Program-made: the position numbers and the translations under genes
Shown: piece after piece, positions 22,801 to 34,169 of the stretch
Numbering within the stretch: the stretch's first letter is position 1
Layout: the number at the start of each line of letters is the position of its first letter
From: Macrostomum lignano
Taxonomy: Eukaryota
Length of the DNA stretch: 64,000 bases
NCBI GenBank assembly: GCA_002269645.1
Contig: NIVC01000109.1
Location: forward strand, 669,670 to 733,669
Direction of reading: 5' to 3'
Notes under the pieces: generated by a model
The model's input: the letters and a program-made list of their open reading frames with translations, nothing else
The model's database searches: none
What the model was told of the DNA's origin: nothing

Positions 22801-25305
22801 TACAGCATGCAGTCGGACATCACCGCCTTTCAGCGGACAAAACCGCCGCTGTCTCCTCAGCTGCAGCAGCAGCAGCCGTCGCAGCAGCCGCCACTGCCGC
22901 CGGCTCCGCCCTCGATCTCCACCCTGCCGATGTCAGTTGGAATTCGTAGAGTAAGTGGCACTTTGTGGCGGTGCACGCTTAAAGGATTGCATTAGTGTTT
23001 TTGAAGGCCTACCGGTATTCATAAGAAATCGCCTACTGATGAGTAGCAAGGGAAGGGTTTTTTACTCGCCTAGGTCGCGAGTTCGAGTCTCACTTTTTAT
23101 GAGGACCCGTCAAATTACTTAAGGTTTTGGGTAAAAATTCTCACTCATTTGAAAAAAGCAAAAAACTGTTTGGCTTCTCGTATTGTTTCAAACTTTGCAT
23201 AGGCCTTGCTTTCAACTTGACTCATTTTTGTTTAATAGCTAATCCCTTCTGAAACTTAGAGGAAAACACAACTTTAACTGACCTATGATTGCCCATATAA
23301 AGCAGCGTTTCTGGTTTTGCTTACTATTGTTCCCTAAACGTTTTTTTTAAAGTTGCATACATTAGACATTCATACTCCCTGCATGCTACTGCGATCAGTT
23401 ATGCTCAATCAGTAGTGTGTTGCACGTGCAATAGCGAATCCGTACTGAATTTAATTTTATATGCAAATTAATCCATGCAAATGCTTTAGATACTACTTTA
23501 CCCGTTTCCTCCAGTGCCTGTCTGTGCCTCCAGTTAGTGTTGATGAGGATGATGATGATGTTGCTGATGTTGCCCAGCATCCGGCACGCTGCTGCCACTC
23601 GGAATTGGTAACTCGATTTTAACAAAAAAACTAGTTTTAAACAAAGCTTGTTAATTCCAGCTTTTAACTCGCAGCGCTTTTAGTCTGCACGCTTGCTGAG
23701 TGAAAAAAACAAATATTAATTTTGAGTATTAGCTATTATTCCAGCGATTGAACTAGCCGCTTAATTAATAACCCGCAGTCTAATAAGTTATGCATAGCAA
23801 TGCTTTCTGTTGATAATTTTGTAGCCTCTTCAATAAAAATACGTCGCATAAACTCTTTAATTAATAATGCTAACAGTAGTTTACTAACGTAAAGTAAGTT
23901 ATAAACATTTGTCTGACATGTTTTATACGGTCCGAAATCAATTCAGAATTTTTCCGTTTCGTTTCAGAAGTATTGATTTTTTAATTTTAATCAAATATTA
24001 ACTTTATCAGATTCTTTAAACTGTTTTGCTTCGTATGCAGTCTAATAATTTATGAGCTAACTTCATCCACTACTAGGCCTGATTGGTAACTCCAATCTTC
24101 ACCCACCCCACTCTTTCACCCAACCCACTCCTTCACCCACCCACTCCTTCACCCACCCCACTCCTTCCCCCATCCCACTCATTCACCCACCCCACTCCTT
24201 CACCCACCCCACTCCTTCACCCACCCACTCCTTCACCCACCCCGCTCCTTCCCCCACCCCACTCCTTCCCCCACCCACTCATTCACCCACCCCGCTCCTT
24301 CACCCACGCCACTCCTTCCCCCATCCCACTCCTTCCCCCATCCCACTCATTCACCCACCCCACTCCTTCCCCCACCCCACTCCTTCACCCACCCACTCCT
24401 TCACCCACCCCACTCCTTCCCCCACCCCACTCCTTCCCCCACCCCACTCATTCACCCACCCCGCTCCTTCACCCACGCCACCCTTTCACCCACCTACTCC
24501 TTCAGTCACCCCACTACTTCCCCCACCCCACTACTTCCCCCACCCCACTCCTTCACCCACCCCACTCCTTCACCCACCCCACTCCTTCCCCCACCTCACT
24601 ACCATCACCCACCTCACTCTTTCACCCACCTCGCCCGCCAACCATGTCAACACAGAGATAAAGCAAAGACAAAAAACAGTGAATGATTCACAACGCTTCA
24701 CAGATAGTTGCGCTTCTCGATTCAGTGATTAAAAATGTCCATATTTGCTACTTAAAAACAATCAGTAGCAAGCAGTGCTTATAAACAGTATTATCATTTA
24801 AATTCGAATTAAGGCAAGCGAAGGCCAGCATCAGCAGCAGTCGAAGGACACCACAGCGGTGGCGGACCCAGCCGCCTTCCCCCAGTCGGTGCTGCACCAG
24901 CGCACCCCGTCGGGCAGGTTCAACTCAGTGAAGCGCCGGCAGCTGCAGCAGCTGGCCAGGCGAACCCGCTGGTTCATGTCCTCCTCGGCTGGCGACGCCG
25001 GCGATCTCGACGATTTCGAGTCCGACGAAATCGACAGCTTCGTCGATGGTGGCCGCGCGTTGGACTCGACGGCTTCTGCGGCGGTGGTTTTAGAGAGGCC
25101 GCTGCTGCACAGTTTCTACAGCCTACCGTCAGCACAGGAGCAGCAACAGCAGCAACAGCAGCAACAGCAGTTAGCTGAGCCACAGGTCCAGCAGACTCCC
25201 GACCTTCAGCAACAGCAGCAGCAGCAGCCGCTGTGCTCGAGTCCAGCTTTGATCACCGAGCGGCGCTACTTCCTGGTGAACCGGAACTATGGAACTGACT
25301 CTTAG
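13844..25305 (+). CDS. RhoGAP-domain protein, spliced, with a low-complexity polyQ/Pro C-terminus
   Basis: Exons 13844-14265, 18454-18619, 19163-19325, 21566-21643, 22217-22285, 22664-22950, 24814-25305 join in frame with GT/AG sites. RhoGAP signature DLFRRPGN (arginine finger), TVANVAKKFL..IPDGVF, NSMSVEAVAKSVAGSMF. The two small middle exons are less certain. Confidence 0.85.
14420..15195. repeat. 35-bp minisatellite (CATTCCCCTAATCTAGTTATTCCCCAAAAGTAATA)n, RhoGAP intron 1
   Basis: Period of 35 in the core; degenerate at the edges. Confidence 0.92.
16151..16420 (+). mobile_element. tRNA-derived SINE with CORE-like domain, 5'-truncated
   Basis: B-box GGTTCGATTC, then TGTGTCCTTGAGCAAGACACT...ATGGGTGCCAGCATTAGCTGGGG; same family as 34896 and 51769; AT-rich 3' end. 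Confidence 0.75.
16490..17230. repeat. 33-35-bp minisatellite (CCCAATGTACATTCCGTGTTATCTCAGCCCTCTC)n
   Basis: Read directly. Confidence 0.93.
18090..18400. repeat. Degenerate 29-30-bp minisatellite with core GGAGGTCACCTGACCCC, upstream of RhoGAP exon 2
   Basis: Read directly. Confidence 0.8.
18700..19115. repeat. 35-bp minisatellite (GGAGGTCACCTGACCCCTAATAGTCAGATACTGTA)n, downstream of RhoGAP exon 2
   Basis: About 12 units read directly. Confidence 0.92.
19480..19925. repeat. Pyrimidine-rich low-complexity repeat (CCCTTCATCTCTCT)-like
   Basis: Read directly. Confidence 0.85.
20735..21480. repeat. 28-bp minisatellite (CAGTTGCTGAGCCAGCCTCCCAGATCCT)n
   Basis: About 26 units read directly. Confidence 0.95.
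22375..22560. repeat. About 38-bp degenerate tandem repeat (TGTACAAGCTTCGGTTCTAAAAATAGCATCGGATGGCA), 4-5 units
   Basis: Read directly. Confidence 0.75.
24095..24640. repeat. C-rich (CACCCACTCCTT)-like repeat in the last RhoGAP intron
   Basis: Read directly; homologous tract at 42320-42860. Confidence 0.88.
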
Positions 25306-25999
25306 CTGATGTCCCCCCCTAGCCTTTGACACTTTTCAATTAAATAAGTTGTTCGAGCTCATCTAGATGTTCAATCTGACCTTCGAGACCTTTAACAGGA
25401 GGTATTTGGACGAAAAAGTTTATATAAAAATATGTTGCCTGTTTCTGTTTCAGTACTAGAAGTAGTGCTGTTGGCAAGCGTTTTTTATTCCACAAATTTT
25501 TAACTAATCGGATTGCTCGTCTAACTGTATGCTATTGTAGATTAGCAATCCATTCTAATTTAACAGACAGACATACTAAATGAGTACATTATTTATTGTA
25601 TGTGCAATATGATCCACTTCCAAATTTCATTTTATTTTGGTTTCTTGTACATAAAAAGCATGAATTCATTGCTTGTTATTCATCATTTTAACTGGTACAG
25701 TTTTTAGCTTATGTTCTTTTTTACTGAAATCCAGCACTAACAATCAGAACTGATCAATGCACCTCTGCTGTTTCTATGCATATCCGTCTCTCTTCACACA
25801 CTGCAAGCATTCCGGAGTCTTTGATTCTGATGAGCCACTTCTTCTAGCACTTCTCTGTGAGTGTTGGCAATGGAATTGAGCTTTGAGATATTGATTTATT
25901 TGGATTTCCTCTTTGGTTGTTGGAGCCCAAGTTCTGAAGACCTTTTGTTTAACTGGAAATGTAAATGGTTTAATGTGTTATTTAGTAAACACTAAAATA

Positions 26000-26014
26000 G
26001 ACAGACAGACAGAA

Positions 26015-26054
<40 letters not shown>

Positions 26055-26182
26055 TGACAGACAGACAGACATTAAGAAAGACAAACAGACAGACAGACAG
26101 ACATTAAGAAAGACAGACAGACAAACAGACAGAAAGACACTAAGAAAGACAGACAGACAAACAGACAGACAGACACTAAGAA

Positions 26183-26227
<45 letters not shown>

Positions 26228-26234
26228 CTTAGAA

Positions 26235-26283
<49 letters not shown>

Positions 26284-26290
26284 CTTAGAA

Positions 26291-26327
<37 letters not shown>

Positions 26328-26334
26328 CTTAGAA

Positions 26335-26407
<73 letters not shown>

Positions 26408-26435
26408 CTAAGACAGAAAGACAGACAGACAGACT
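26000..26435. repeat. (GACA)n microsatellite, interrupted
   Basis: Read directly; almost absent at the paralogous site about 44470-44510. Confidence 0.95.
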
Positions 26436-27387
26436 GAGTTTCAAGAGTTTCAGCGAATGCAACCTACCGATATGTATCGAAATTTAGATTTCTTTTACTG
26501 GCTGCACTTTTACTTGACGGTTTGTGTACTTTTCGCTCTTTTTGCATGGCTGTTCAGCACTGCCCTGAGGAAAGGGGATCGGAGCCGCGGGATTTGCACC
26601 CTCGCACCGGGCACTGCACTGCTCTGGTGCAGCTGCACCAATCGGTTAAGCGCACCTGCACTGCTATAAACTGTTTATCGTCCTCCCTGCGGCCTGATCC
26701 CCTTTTTGCGGACTGGTGGCTGAAACATTTCGCCGAATATTTCTGTCGATCTCCTTGTTTTAACTTTTTATTTTGTCATTTGAGCTCCACAGCAGATGCG
26801 AAGGGGAGTCCGACTGCTACCGATGGCGTTTGATAATCACTGATTGAGTAGCTTTGCTTGCCTCTCTGACTTGCGTGTGTTCCAGTGATTGATTGACTGA
26901 CTGATTGATAACTCTTATCTGATTGTTTTATTACTCTGTTAATCAGAAATGCGAATAAAGCGTTGCAAAAAAAGAATTACTGAAGCTGAAATTTTTTTTG
27001 TTTTAGGAGTTCTGAAGATTGTCTGAATTGAATTTGCTTTGTTTTATTCTGCCTGAGTAAATTTCACAGATTGCAATCCTAGAATTGCCGATGCGTGATT
27101 GGCTAAGAAGTCTGGCCAATCTGCGTGCTATATTAAACTCCTCCTAAATATATGCACTTTTAAGGAGTATGCAACAACAACAAGCTTTTATTGCCCTGTG
27201 AAAAGCGGCTCTCGTGAGCTACGAGCGTGTAAAGCAATAAAACCATTTTAGACTACAAGCCTGCGCATTTAATTAGTTGATAGACCAAGTCAATAGAAAA
27301 TGGTTTAACTGCTATCGTTAGTTAATTGTTCCCATTTGATAAACTACTAACTCTGGTATAAGAAATATTGTATAAGAAGGGTGAAGG

Positions 27388-27885
27388 TGTTATATATCGC
27401 GAAGCCGAGAGGGTTATATCTTCTATAGCGCGCGGTCTGATGAAACTAAAGCTCAGAGGGCATGGCCGTCTCTCTAGGCCGTCACGTGTATTTATACCAT
27501 AGACAGTACTATTCATACGAGTATAGCCCAAGCTTCAGTGTCACACACATGCATATGCACACTCATACACAACACCTCCCCCTTCAGTTACAATGTGACT
27601 TCTTGTCAGTCAGTCGTACGAACTTTTGCGGGGGTCAATCTGAAGCCTGTTGGGTGGCCGACGGTTTCTCGTATGCCACGGTCTTGATCGTCCTTCCGGC
27701 CCTCTGGCTCCATTCGTACCTTGCGAGTCCGCAGGGCCAGTATTGGGCTGGTAGCGAGCTTCCGCCGCATGTGCTGGAAACCTTCTCCGTAGGAACTTTC
27801 GGTTTCTCCGAAGAACCCGGCCGCTGGTCAGCTTGACTAGAAAGTCGTTGTTTTTCATTAGCTCGACCACCACGCCGTACTTAGA
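27388..27885 (-). mobile_element. 3' fragment of a Gypsy (Mag-like) LTR retrotransposon: integrase C-terminus + PPT + 187-bp LTR
   Basis: Minus strand ...SGRVLRRNRKFLRR...stop, polypurine tract GAAGGGGGAGG, LTR TGTTG...TAACA (27574-27388). Absent at the paralogous site about 45491. The clade call rests on the RRNR..LR motif only. Confidence 0.8.
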
Positions 27886-28787
27886 GTGCTATTAGAGACC
27901 ATAAAAGTGGTAAATATTGTACTCAGCAAAACAGCTCACAGAAAATAGTACATGTCGGAATCTAAGCTGATTCGTGATGTTTTAAGATGCAACATGTTTG
28001 TTGAAATTGGCGTTGACTCTTATTGAGCCGAAATCGAGATGCAGTACGAAATTCTTCGAAGAGTTTATCCTTTGCCTGAATTGCCTGGGTCGCCAAACGT
28101 TGGCTTCTTTATCGTCAGAGCCCAGGTCACTGTCCGAAAACATGACAAAAAGACACTCCTACTAACCTAAGAGTACAATTTGGCCCTTGAAATCTTAACT
28201 ATCGGAGTTAGGAGCTAGAAATGAAATTCGCTCCTTCTATAGGACACGCACTCCTAAAATTCACTCCGAAACGGCAACACCCAGCACCCACAGTAGCTCC
28301 AACTCCTCAATCCTTATTCGTTAGCACTTGCAGAAACCTTTATGAGGTCTCCTAAATTCACCAAGGAGTCTCCTATGTCCTTAAAGGAGCCTCCTAGCTC
28401 TTAAAATTTACTCTTGTTTCTATAGCACAGGCAGGCAGGCAGAAAATGAATTTCAGGATCTTCTGTCCTCACATTTCTTCAAGCCCCTCACTGCTGAGAG
28501 AAGCTGCCGATTCCGCCATCTTCGCCAGCCTCATTGGCCTCCAATCTCGCACCTCGCTTGCCTGCTTTGCAGCCAGCCAGAGCCAGCCAATCTTCTTTGG
28601 ACTGGCTGTCCTTCCAGCCTATGGGCTGCGGCTGCATTTCCGCCTCCACACGCAGCCCTGCCGCTTTCCTATAAACATCGGCTCGACTAAGGTTGGGAGG
28701 CCCAGCGATACCACAGCTGTTGCTAGCAGCAGCTTATATGTAAAATTGTTTTTTTACAAAGTACAGCTCTGCGATATGACTGTCCAC

Positions 28788-31700
28788 ATGAAGGAACTTC
28801 TGTGCCTTGCAATCATTTCGTACTGTATAAGTAACAGTAAGTGACTACGACTGTTTCTCCTTAAAGTTAAAAAATTCAATTATTTTTGCTGATGCTGATT
28901 AGTGGGATTGAAAGTTTTCAGTTTTTGCGAACTAAGCTCTGGATGAGGTTTCGCCATTGGGAAATTCTGTGGGGAGAATTTGCACACTACAACCAGAAAC
29001 AGCTGAGATTTCGTTCACTGAAACTGTGTTTATCTGCCGGTCTCCGGTAGCAGTTCCAGTGAAATCGTACTGGTAAACTGGTGAGCGTACCTCGGACACA
29101 AGGCATACTTGCTGGATTTTGAATCCAGAAGTTCAGAAGTTAAAAAAACACTGAAAACTTTCTTCTGCTTTAGCTGTCCATGGAGCAAATGTCCATGGAG
29201 TTGTAGTTGACTTACGTGCAGTTCTATCTAATTGGCTGACTGTGACAAAAGCGTAAACAACGCAAAATGGTCTCATAACAGGTCATATTTCGAAGTTGTT
29301 GAACCTCCACATCCACAGGCTGTGCCATCAAGGTCTCCAGAGCTGAGATCGCCAATGCCTGGCAATCGTCTGTCTACAATCACCCAGAATGCGACTGCTT
29401 CATCAGATCAATGGACAAGCCGGGGCAGTGGACCTATTTTCTTACCAGCGACACTCCGGACCCCTCCGGCTACCAGTGGCTGCTGCTGAAGCTGTTTCGA
29501 AGTGTCCCAGTGCGCTCCATCACTGTCTATGGGAGACAGGAGGGTGAGTCCTCCCTTCACATTTCAGTATCACTCTGTATAAAATTTCGCACCAGAATTT
29601 GCCCCTTAAACGTTTCTCAGTCAGCCACAGAGCCCTGGGCATCGAAGTGCTGCTCAGTGAGGAGAAGCCAGCCGGTCTGGATGAGGATGCACCCAACTGC
29701 ACTGCAGCCGCTTTCAGTCACAGTCTGTCCGGATTCCTACACTGCGGCTTCACCAGAAATGACAGCAGCAGTTCACTCAGGTCGCAGTCGGTGCATGAAG
29801 TGACCTGCTCAGCTGAGGCCGATGGCAAGGTTTGTCACCCAGTTGCTGCAACTCTTTCAATATTGGAATTCGCAGTGCTGCAGCATCGCATTGCAGATGG
29901 CGCAGTATGTGCTGCTGAGGAAGTTCGTGGCCAATCAGACTGACAAGATGATGAACTTTGTGCTGCTTGAAATTGAGAAAAGAGACTGCTTTCAGCGTAA
30001 CAGAGACAGCAGCTCTGGCTGCTCTCCAGCTAACTTCTGTAAAGTACAACCCAGGGGATGCTTTGTGGAAGACTTGTCTCAGCTCAAGCTCAATGAGAAA
30101 GTGATGATTCGAGCTCGGCTGCCAGGAAACTGCAGAGCACCTGCTGCATCAAACTGCAGCATCAGAATTCGGAAAGGCAGTGACCTCTTGGATTTGAGTT
30201 CGGTAAGAGTTCGATTGAGATAAATACTTGAGCTTGCACCAGATATGGGAATTAACAGCACCGGTGGGCGTTCGCATTGCAGAGGGCGGTCATGGCCAGC
30301 TCTCTGATTCTGAGAACTTTTACAGTGCGAATGGAAATGCACGGGGCGGCTTTGAAGTGCCGACACAGCTGCAGCGGTGAGACTGCGATTGGCACTTCGC
30401 ACACACTGGGTGTGCAGTCAGCCAGTGAGTCAGGCTTACAAACCCAGGCTTACAGCCCTGCACCACTCACTACTCAAACCCTTCCGGAGCCCTGCACCAC
30501 TCACTACTCAAACCCTTCCAGAGCCCTACACCACTCACTACTCAAACCCTTCCAGAGCCCTGCACCACTCACTACTCAAACTCTTCCAGAGCCCTGCACC
30601 ACTCACTACTCAAACCCTTCCAGAGCCCTGCACCACTCACTTTCTGCTCCTCGCAAACACCAGCTGGACAGACGGAGCAGCCGTCAATCTGACAGCTGAC
30701 ACACCGGGTTGCTACTGGATGCCAATCAGCCACAGCTGCTCTGTCCAGTCACAGCGAAATGGAAACACAGCGCTTCAGCTGCTGTCAGTGAGTCTCACAC
30801 TGGCCCATGGTTGCACCTGTGTATTGGGTGCATGGCAACAATGATCTGACATTTAGCTGTGAATACTGACTCTTTTCAGAGCACGAACTCAAGCAGCACA
30901 TTCTCAGTGATTGTGAGCAGGAGCTGGGGAAGCTCAGCATCCGTTTTGTGTCGGGTGAACCAGTCAGGACTGTTCAATGAACTGGCTCATCGCGAGCTGC
31001 CTGCAGTTCTGTGTAAGTGTCCATGTACTTCTGTTTGTTCTTGGATGCATGTTCTCCAGTTCAACAGTTAGATCCAATGCGGAACCAGTTCACCAGTTAG
31101 ATCCAATGCGGAACCAGCTCACCAGTTGGATCCAATGCGGAACCAGCTCACCAGTTAGATCCAATGCGGAACCAGTTCACCAGTTAGAACCAATGCGGAA
31201 CCAGTTCACCAGTTAGATCCAATGCGGAACCAGTTCACCAGTTAGAACCAATGCGGAACCAGTTCACCAGTTAGATCCAATGCGGAACCAGCTCACCAGT
31301 TAGATCCAATGCGGAACCAGTTCACCAGTTAGATCCAATGCGGAACCAGTTCACCAGTTAGAACCAATGCGGAACCAGTTCACCAGTTAGATCCAATGCG
31401 GAACCAGCTCACCAGTTAGATCCAATGCGGTACCAGTTCACCAGTTAAACCCAATGCGGAACTAGTTCACCAGTTAGATCCAATGCGGAACCAGCTCACC
31501 AGTTCAACCCAATGCGGTACCAGTTCACCAGTTAAACCCAATGCGGAACCAGTTCACCAGTTCAACCCCAATGCAGCTCACCCGACTGCCATACCGAACT
31601 GCATTTCAGACCGCAGCTCCGGCCTGTCAATCAAGCTGCCTCCTGGACGAATCCGCAGTGGAAGAGAAGCTCAAGTCACCCTGCAGACTCTGGAAACAGG

Positions 31701-33882
31701 AAATCCGCCTGCTCAGCACTTCTGCTCAATCGGTGGAGCCAATCTGAAACAGCTCAGAGTGAGTTACTCACTGTGAATTTTCAATGCAAAAATTATGCAT
31801 AAATTTATAAATTACTGACTCTTTTGACTCCAGCTGCCATCTGAGTCAAATGCTTCATCAGTGTGGCGACTCAATGCATCGGCCAGCCACAACCAGATTA
31901 GAGTCATCTGCCAGGTCGCTCAGACTCATGCAGACGGCACACTTGTATTCAATCAGTCTGTCAGCAGTGAGCAACTCGATGTGTCATGTGAGTGGATTGC
32001 AGTTCAGCATCTCTGATCCATCAGCAACTCAGATTGCTGAGACAATTAACCATCCATGCTCACACCTGCACGAAAACAGACGCGTCAAGCAGCTCATGGA
32101 ATGCAACTCAGCCTCTGGTGATGAAGGAGGGCGAGCCCGTGTCAGTCTCAGTTCGGTCAGTCGGTGGCAACCCTGAGCCCAGTCACCGGTGCTGGCTGCG
32201 GACGGCCGAGGGTCTCAGCACCAGCATGACCAGGGCCCAGAACACCCCCGAGGCTCAAAATCTAGGCGTTGAGACGCTGGTGGAATCTGAGTTCAGCTTG
32301 AGTTCCACAAGGCAGATGAACGGAGGCTCCTTGGAGTGCAGAGTCTCTCAGCATGGCCTCGAAGATGTGGATGGCAGATTCACACAGAACGTTACTGTAT
32401 ATTGTGAGTTTTCAGCTTCATACTTGTTACAATAAGTAAGCAATTACCTGCTGAGCCCTGTTGCAGGTGTGTCAATTGGAACGTACTTGTGAATTACACT
32501 TTGTTCTATTTCATTGTTGATTTATTAATTATTTATCTGTTTAGAGGCATGGACTGTCAGTCGACAGAAATGAATTATGCATCAATGATATACCTTTTCG
32601 CGTTGGGTCAAAAACGAATCTGGGTTAAATTTTTCTGCAAAAAAAAGTTGAAAATAACACGATGTTGTGGGCTTCTTTGATCTGCTCCGCAGCTCTAAAA
32701 TTCCCTCAATATCCTTATTGAGCATTCAACTCATGGAACCAATGACTGAGACCTGCACCGAGCTCTGAACACAATGATTTATTCCCGTTTTGAATTTTAA
32801 GCCTTTAATTGATGCTGTGGCAATGGTGGCTGTTGTTAGCTCGTACTTGAATGGGACCAAAGATTATGGTATCGGGAACCCTGACCCGCTACGCTGTTTG
32901 CGAATTAACGGACGCTCCGTGATGTGCGGAGTCGTGATAGATAAGCGAGATAATGAGTAACATTTCGTACAAAACATTACTGTGTTCTGTGAGTAGGAAG
33001 GAACGTCTCGAAATTCTAGCAGAAAGCATGCACTAGCTACAGGTTGAAGCCCGACGTAACTTACCAAAATGGAAGGTAAAACTGTCATTGCACTGTCTTG
33101 CAGTTCCTTCGAACAGCATCGGTTGGACTGGCCAGCTACTGAACGGCTCTGAGCTGAGTCTGCTGGGACAGACACAGGAGGGAAACCCGAGGCCCGAGCT
33201 GCACTGCTCGATCAAGTCCGACACAGTCAGCATTGAAGGACTCACTGTGAGTTCATGTTTGTTGCTACCAAAGCTGCTGTCCATCATTGCTGTACATGCA
33301 TTCTCAATGTCATTACTCACGGCCCTCTACTTGACCTTCGATGTTACTGAGCAGCTCACTCCTGAGCCCGATCTCAGAGGCAGACACGGAGGCTGGATTC
33401 GGAGAGCTCGACTGACTCACCAGTTCTTTGAGCGACAGGATGAGGTCACTGTGACGTGTCTGATCAGCCAGAGCTTTCCCGGTCTCGGCGCTGTGTTCTC
33501 ACCGGTGAAGAGCTCGAGGACTGTTCGAGCCGTGTTTCGTGAGCATTCAAGTTTTAGTTTGTGTGAGAATGCTCACAGGGTTCGATCACTGCTCACAAAG
33601 TACACATTGTCTTTCAGCGTGCGCTACAGGCAGCTCTGGCAGCGGGCGCAGTGGACGGCGCAGCGATTGCCGCGGCAGCCGCCGCTGCCAGCCAGGGTGC
33701 GGCCGTGGAGTTTCTGGCTGCTGCCAAGCCGCCCGACCCCAACGTGAGACTCAGTTTGTATCAAGCAGGCATTTCATGTGAGAATAACTCAGCAACACTT
33801 TTATTCCTTCCAGCCGGTTTACTACTGTGCTGTGAGCAGAGGAGAGCGGCACGCGGTCCGTGTGGCATCCGATGGCTTCTGA
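28788..33882 (+). CDS. Gene C1: signal peptide + F-type-lectin/F5-8C-like domain + several C2-type Ig-like domains; no clear transmembrane segment
   Basis: Exons 28788-28836 (MKELLCLAIISYCISN), 29319-29543, 29621-29829, 29897-30202, 30283-30424, 30624-30787, 30880-31012, 31577-31758, 31834-31987, 32080-32403, 33104-33246, 33355-33538, about 33601-33743, 33814-33882, all frame-compatible. Motifs QWLLLKL..V.V.SITVYGRQE..R, QYVLL...NFVLLEI, GNPPA/GNPEP/GNPRP, L.C.V.Q, PVYYCAVS. The penultimate exon boundary is uncertain. Confidence 0.72.
30455..30640. repeat. 35-bp tandem repeat (CCAGAGCCCTGCACCACTCACTACTCAAACCCTTC) overlapping a splice acceptor of gene C1
   Basis: About 5 units; about 4 units in C2 at 47915-48070. 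Confidence 0.9.
31060..31576. repeat. 29-bp minisatellite (AGTTAGATCCAATGCGGAACCAGTTCACC)n ending at a C1 acceptor
   Basis: About 17 units here versus about 4 in C2 (48485-48596). Confidence 0.93.
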
Positions 33883-34169
33883 GGAGGCGGTGTATGGCTT
33901 GCGATGCAGTTTTTTGTGAGCTTTTCCCGTACTGATATTTGACACTAACTAACAAATTAATTTTCGTATTGTCTTATCCAGATTCATTTAACGCGCTCAG
34001 CAAATCAATATGGCTTGTAATTTTTGATAATTTTTTTTAATATTCAGCTCATACTTGAAAATTTCACTCGTTGCCGTGTTGCAGGAGGAGAAGCTGATAT
34101 TTACATGGATCTGTTTCTCATTTTGCGAAGAGGTCTCTGTAAAGGTACAAGATGTTGTTAAGTTTAGAC

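Noticed and set aside
23030-23110. CTGATGAG (hammerhead core-like) followed by a B-box-like GGTCGCGAGTTCGAGTC
   Set aside because: There is no correctly placed GAAA and no stem II/III pairing for a hammerhead, and no tRNA cloverleaf or matching SINE body is visible.
27388-27574. Both LTR families have 187-bp LTRs
   Set aside because: The sequences are unrelated, so the equal length is treated as coincidence.
27886-28428. Possible MITE with GTGCTAT(T)AGA inverted ends and many CTCCTA/TAGGAG motifs
   Set aside because: The inverted match is short and imperfect and no TSD could be identified, so support is insufficient.
30650-30664. Apparent non-canonical acceptor CTCGCAA in genes C1/C2
   Set aside because: A canonical in-phase CCCTTCCAG|AG acceptor exists 33 nt upstream in the last repeat unit.
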